A stretch of DNA of 38,726 nt, from the IMG/VR virus record IMGVR_UViG_2541047763_000005, positions 1 through 38,726 of that record; one strand, written 5' to 3'. A program made the position numbers and the translations under genes. The notes under the pieces were generated by a model. It did no database searches and was not told the origin of the DNA. It worked only from the letters and a program-made list of their open reading frames with translations. Origin of the DNA: a virus. Its lineage: Duplodnaviria > Heunggongvirae > Uroviricota > Caudoviricetes. This document shows positions 38,113 through 38,726 of the stretch, piece by piece. Each line of letters opens with the position of its first letter. Position 1 is the stretch's first letter.

Positions 38113-38457
38113 ATGTCAGATTTGGCTATGAAGGTTTTGAAATGGCAATCAACTGGCGATGTCGGCATCAGTAGCGCAACTCTTGCCTCAATCGCATGTG
38201 GACTGAAAAAAAATATCTATGGTCATCACTTCGGCGCTCCACATGACGCAGCAGACTTCCGGCGATGCGTTGCACTTGTTGAGCAGATTCCAGAAATCAG
38301 AGATTCATTCGACAAGGTTGCAAAGCGCGTTCCGGCATTCAAAGGCATCCTCAACGAATGGGATTCTCTCGTTGCTCTGTTGAAGTTTGAAATGAAGATA
38401 CACGGAAACAAAGCACCAGAGACTTACAGAAGAATCAGCGAGCTACGCAAGGACTAA
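38113..38457 (+). CDS. hypothetical protein
   Basis: Start moved to the ATG at 38113 (ribosome-binding site GGAGA); the upstream ATG at 38086 lies inside a hairpin/T-run; 114 aa. Confidence 0.4.
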   Translation: MSDLAMKVLKWQSTGDVGISSATLASIACGLKKNIYGHHFGAPHDAADFRRCVALVEQIPEIRDSFDKVAKRVPAFKGILNEWDSLVALLKFEMKIHGNKAPETYRRISELRKD

Positions 38458-38534
38458 CGCCTCACACTCGATGAGGCCTGTACATATCTGATAGAGCCGC
38501 TATATGGCGGTTTCTTTTTGCCTGGAGAATTAAG

Positions 38535-38726
38535 ATGACCGATACCAGCCTGATTCCTGAGAAAGAAGTGATGAACAAGCTCGGTGTTTCATCACGTCAG
38601 ACAATCTGGAACTATACCAAACGGCACGGATTTCCGAAGCCAGTCAGAACCCACCCCAAATCATACCTTCGTGAAGCTGTTGAAGGGTGGATTCTTAACG
38701 GTGGCGTTAATCAGAAATGCTCCTGA
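38535..38726 (+). CDS. AlpA/excisionase-like DNA-binding protein (probable Xis)
   Basis: 63-aa ORF; EKEVMNKLGVSSRQTIWNYTKRHGFPKP is the MerR-type winged-helix motif of AlpA/Xis proteins; last gene before the expected integrase outside the window. Confidence 0.55.
   Translation: MTDTSLIPEKEVMNKLGVSSRQTIWNYTKRHGFPKPVRTHPKSYLREAVEGWILNGGVNQKCS

Overview
This 38.7-kb window is almost entirely one mosaic temperate-phage (prophage) genome from an enterobacterial host, with the late genes on the minus strand. Left to right: tailspike (710-2701); an immI-type ant/arc/mnt region with two mnt-linked secreted/lipoprotein genes (2802-5122); a P22-like virion module of ejection proteins, tail needle, head-completion proteins, coat, scaffold, portal and terminase (5213-18905); rha; a lambda-type lysis cassette S/R/Rz/Rz1 (20377-21594); two tRNA-like genes; a Q-type late antiterminator; a nin region (ninH, rusA, ninF, ninE, ninB); a DnaB-type helicase and an iteron-containing initiator; a cII-like gene; a lambda-type immunity core (cro, OR1-3, cI; 29377-30391); a two-gene cassette in the rexAB position; OL/PL; a P22-type N with nutL; ral, cIII, erf and a string of small early genes ending in an excisionase-like gene. 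Integrase and attachment sites are not in the window. The most interesting material is accessory cargo at classical moron positions: the cI-linked two-gene cassette (30399-31146), the mnt-linked secreted/lipoprotein pair (4297-5122) and terminator-insulated unknown genes in the PL operon (32241-34006). All calls come from reading the sequence and the supplied translations and comparing them with phage lambda and P22 proteins from memory; no database search or folding program was run, so family names are recollection-based and coordinates of small features are hand-counted.
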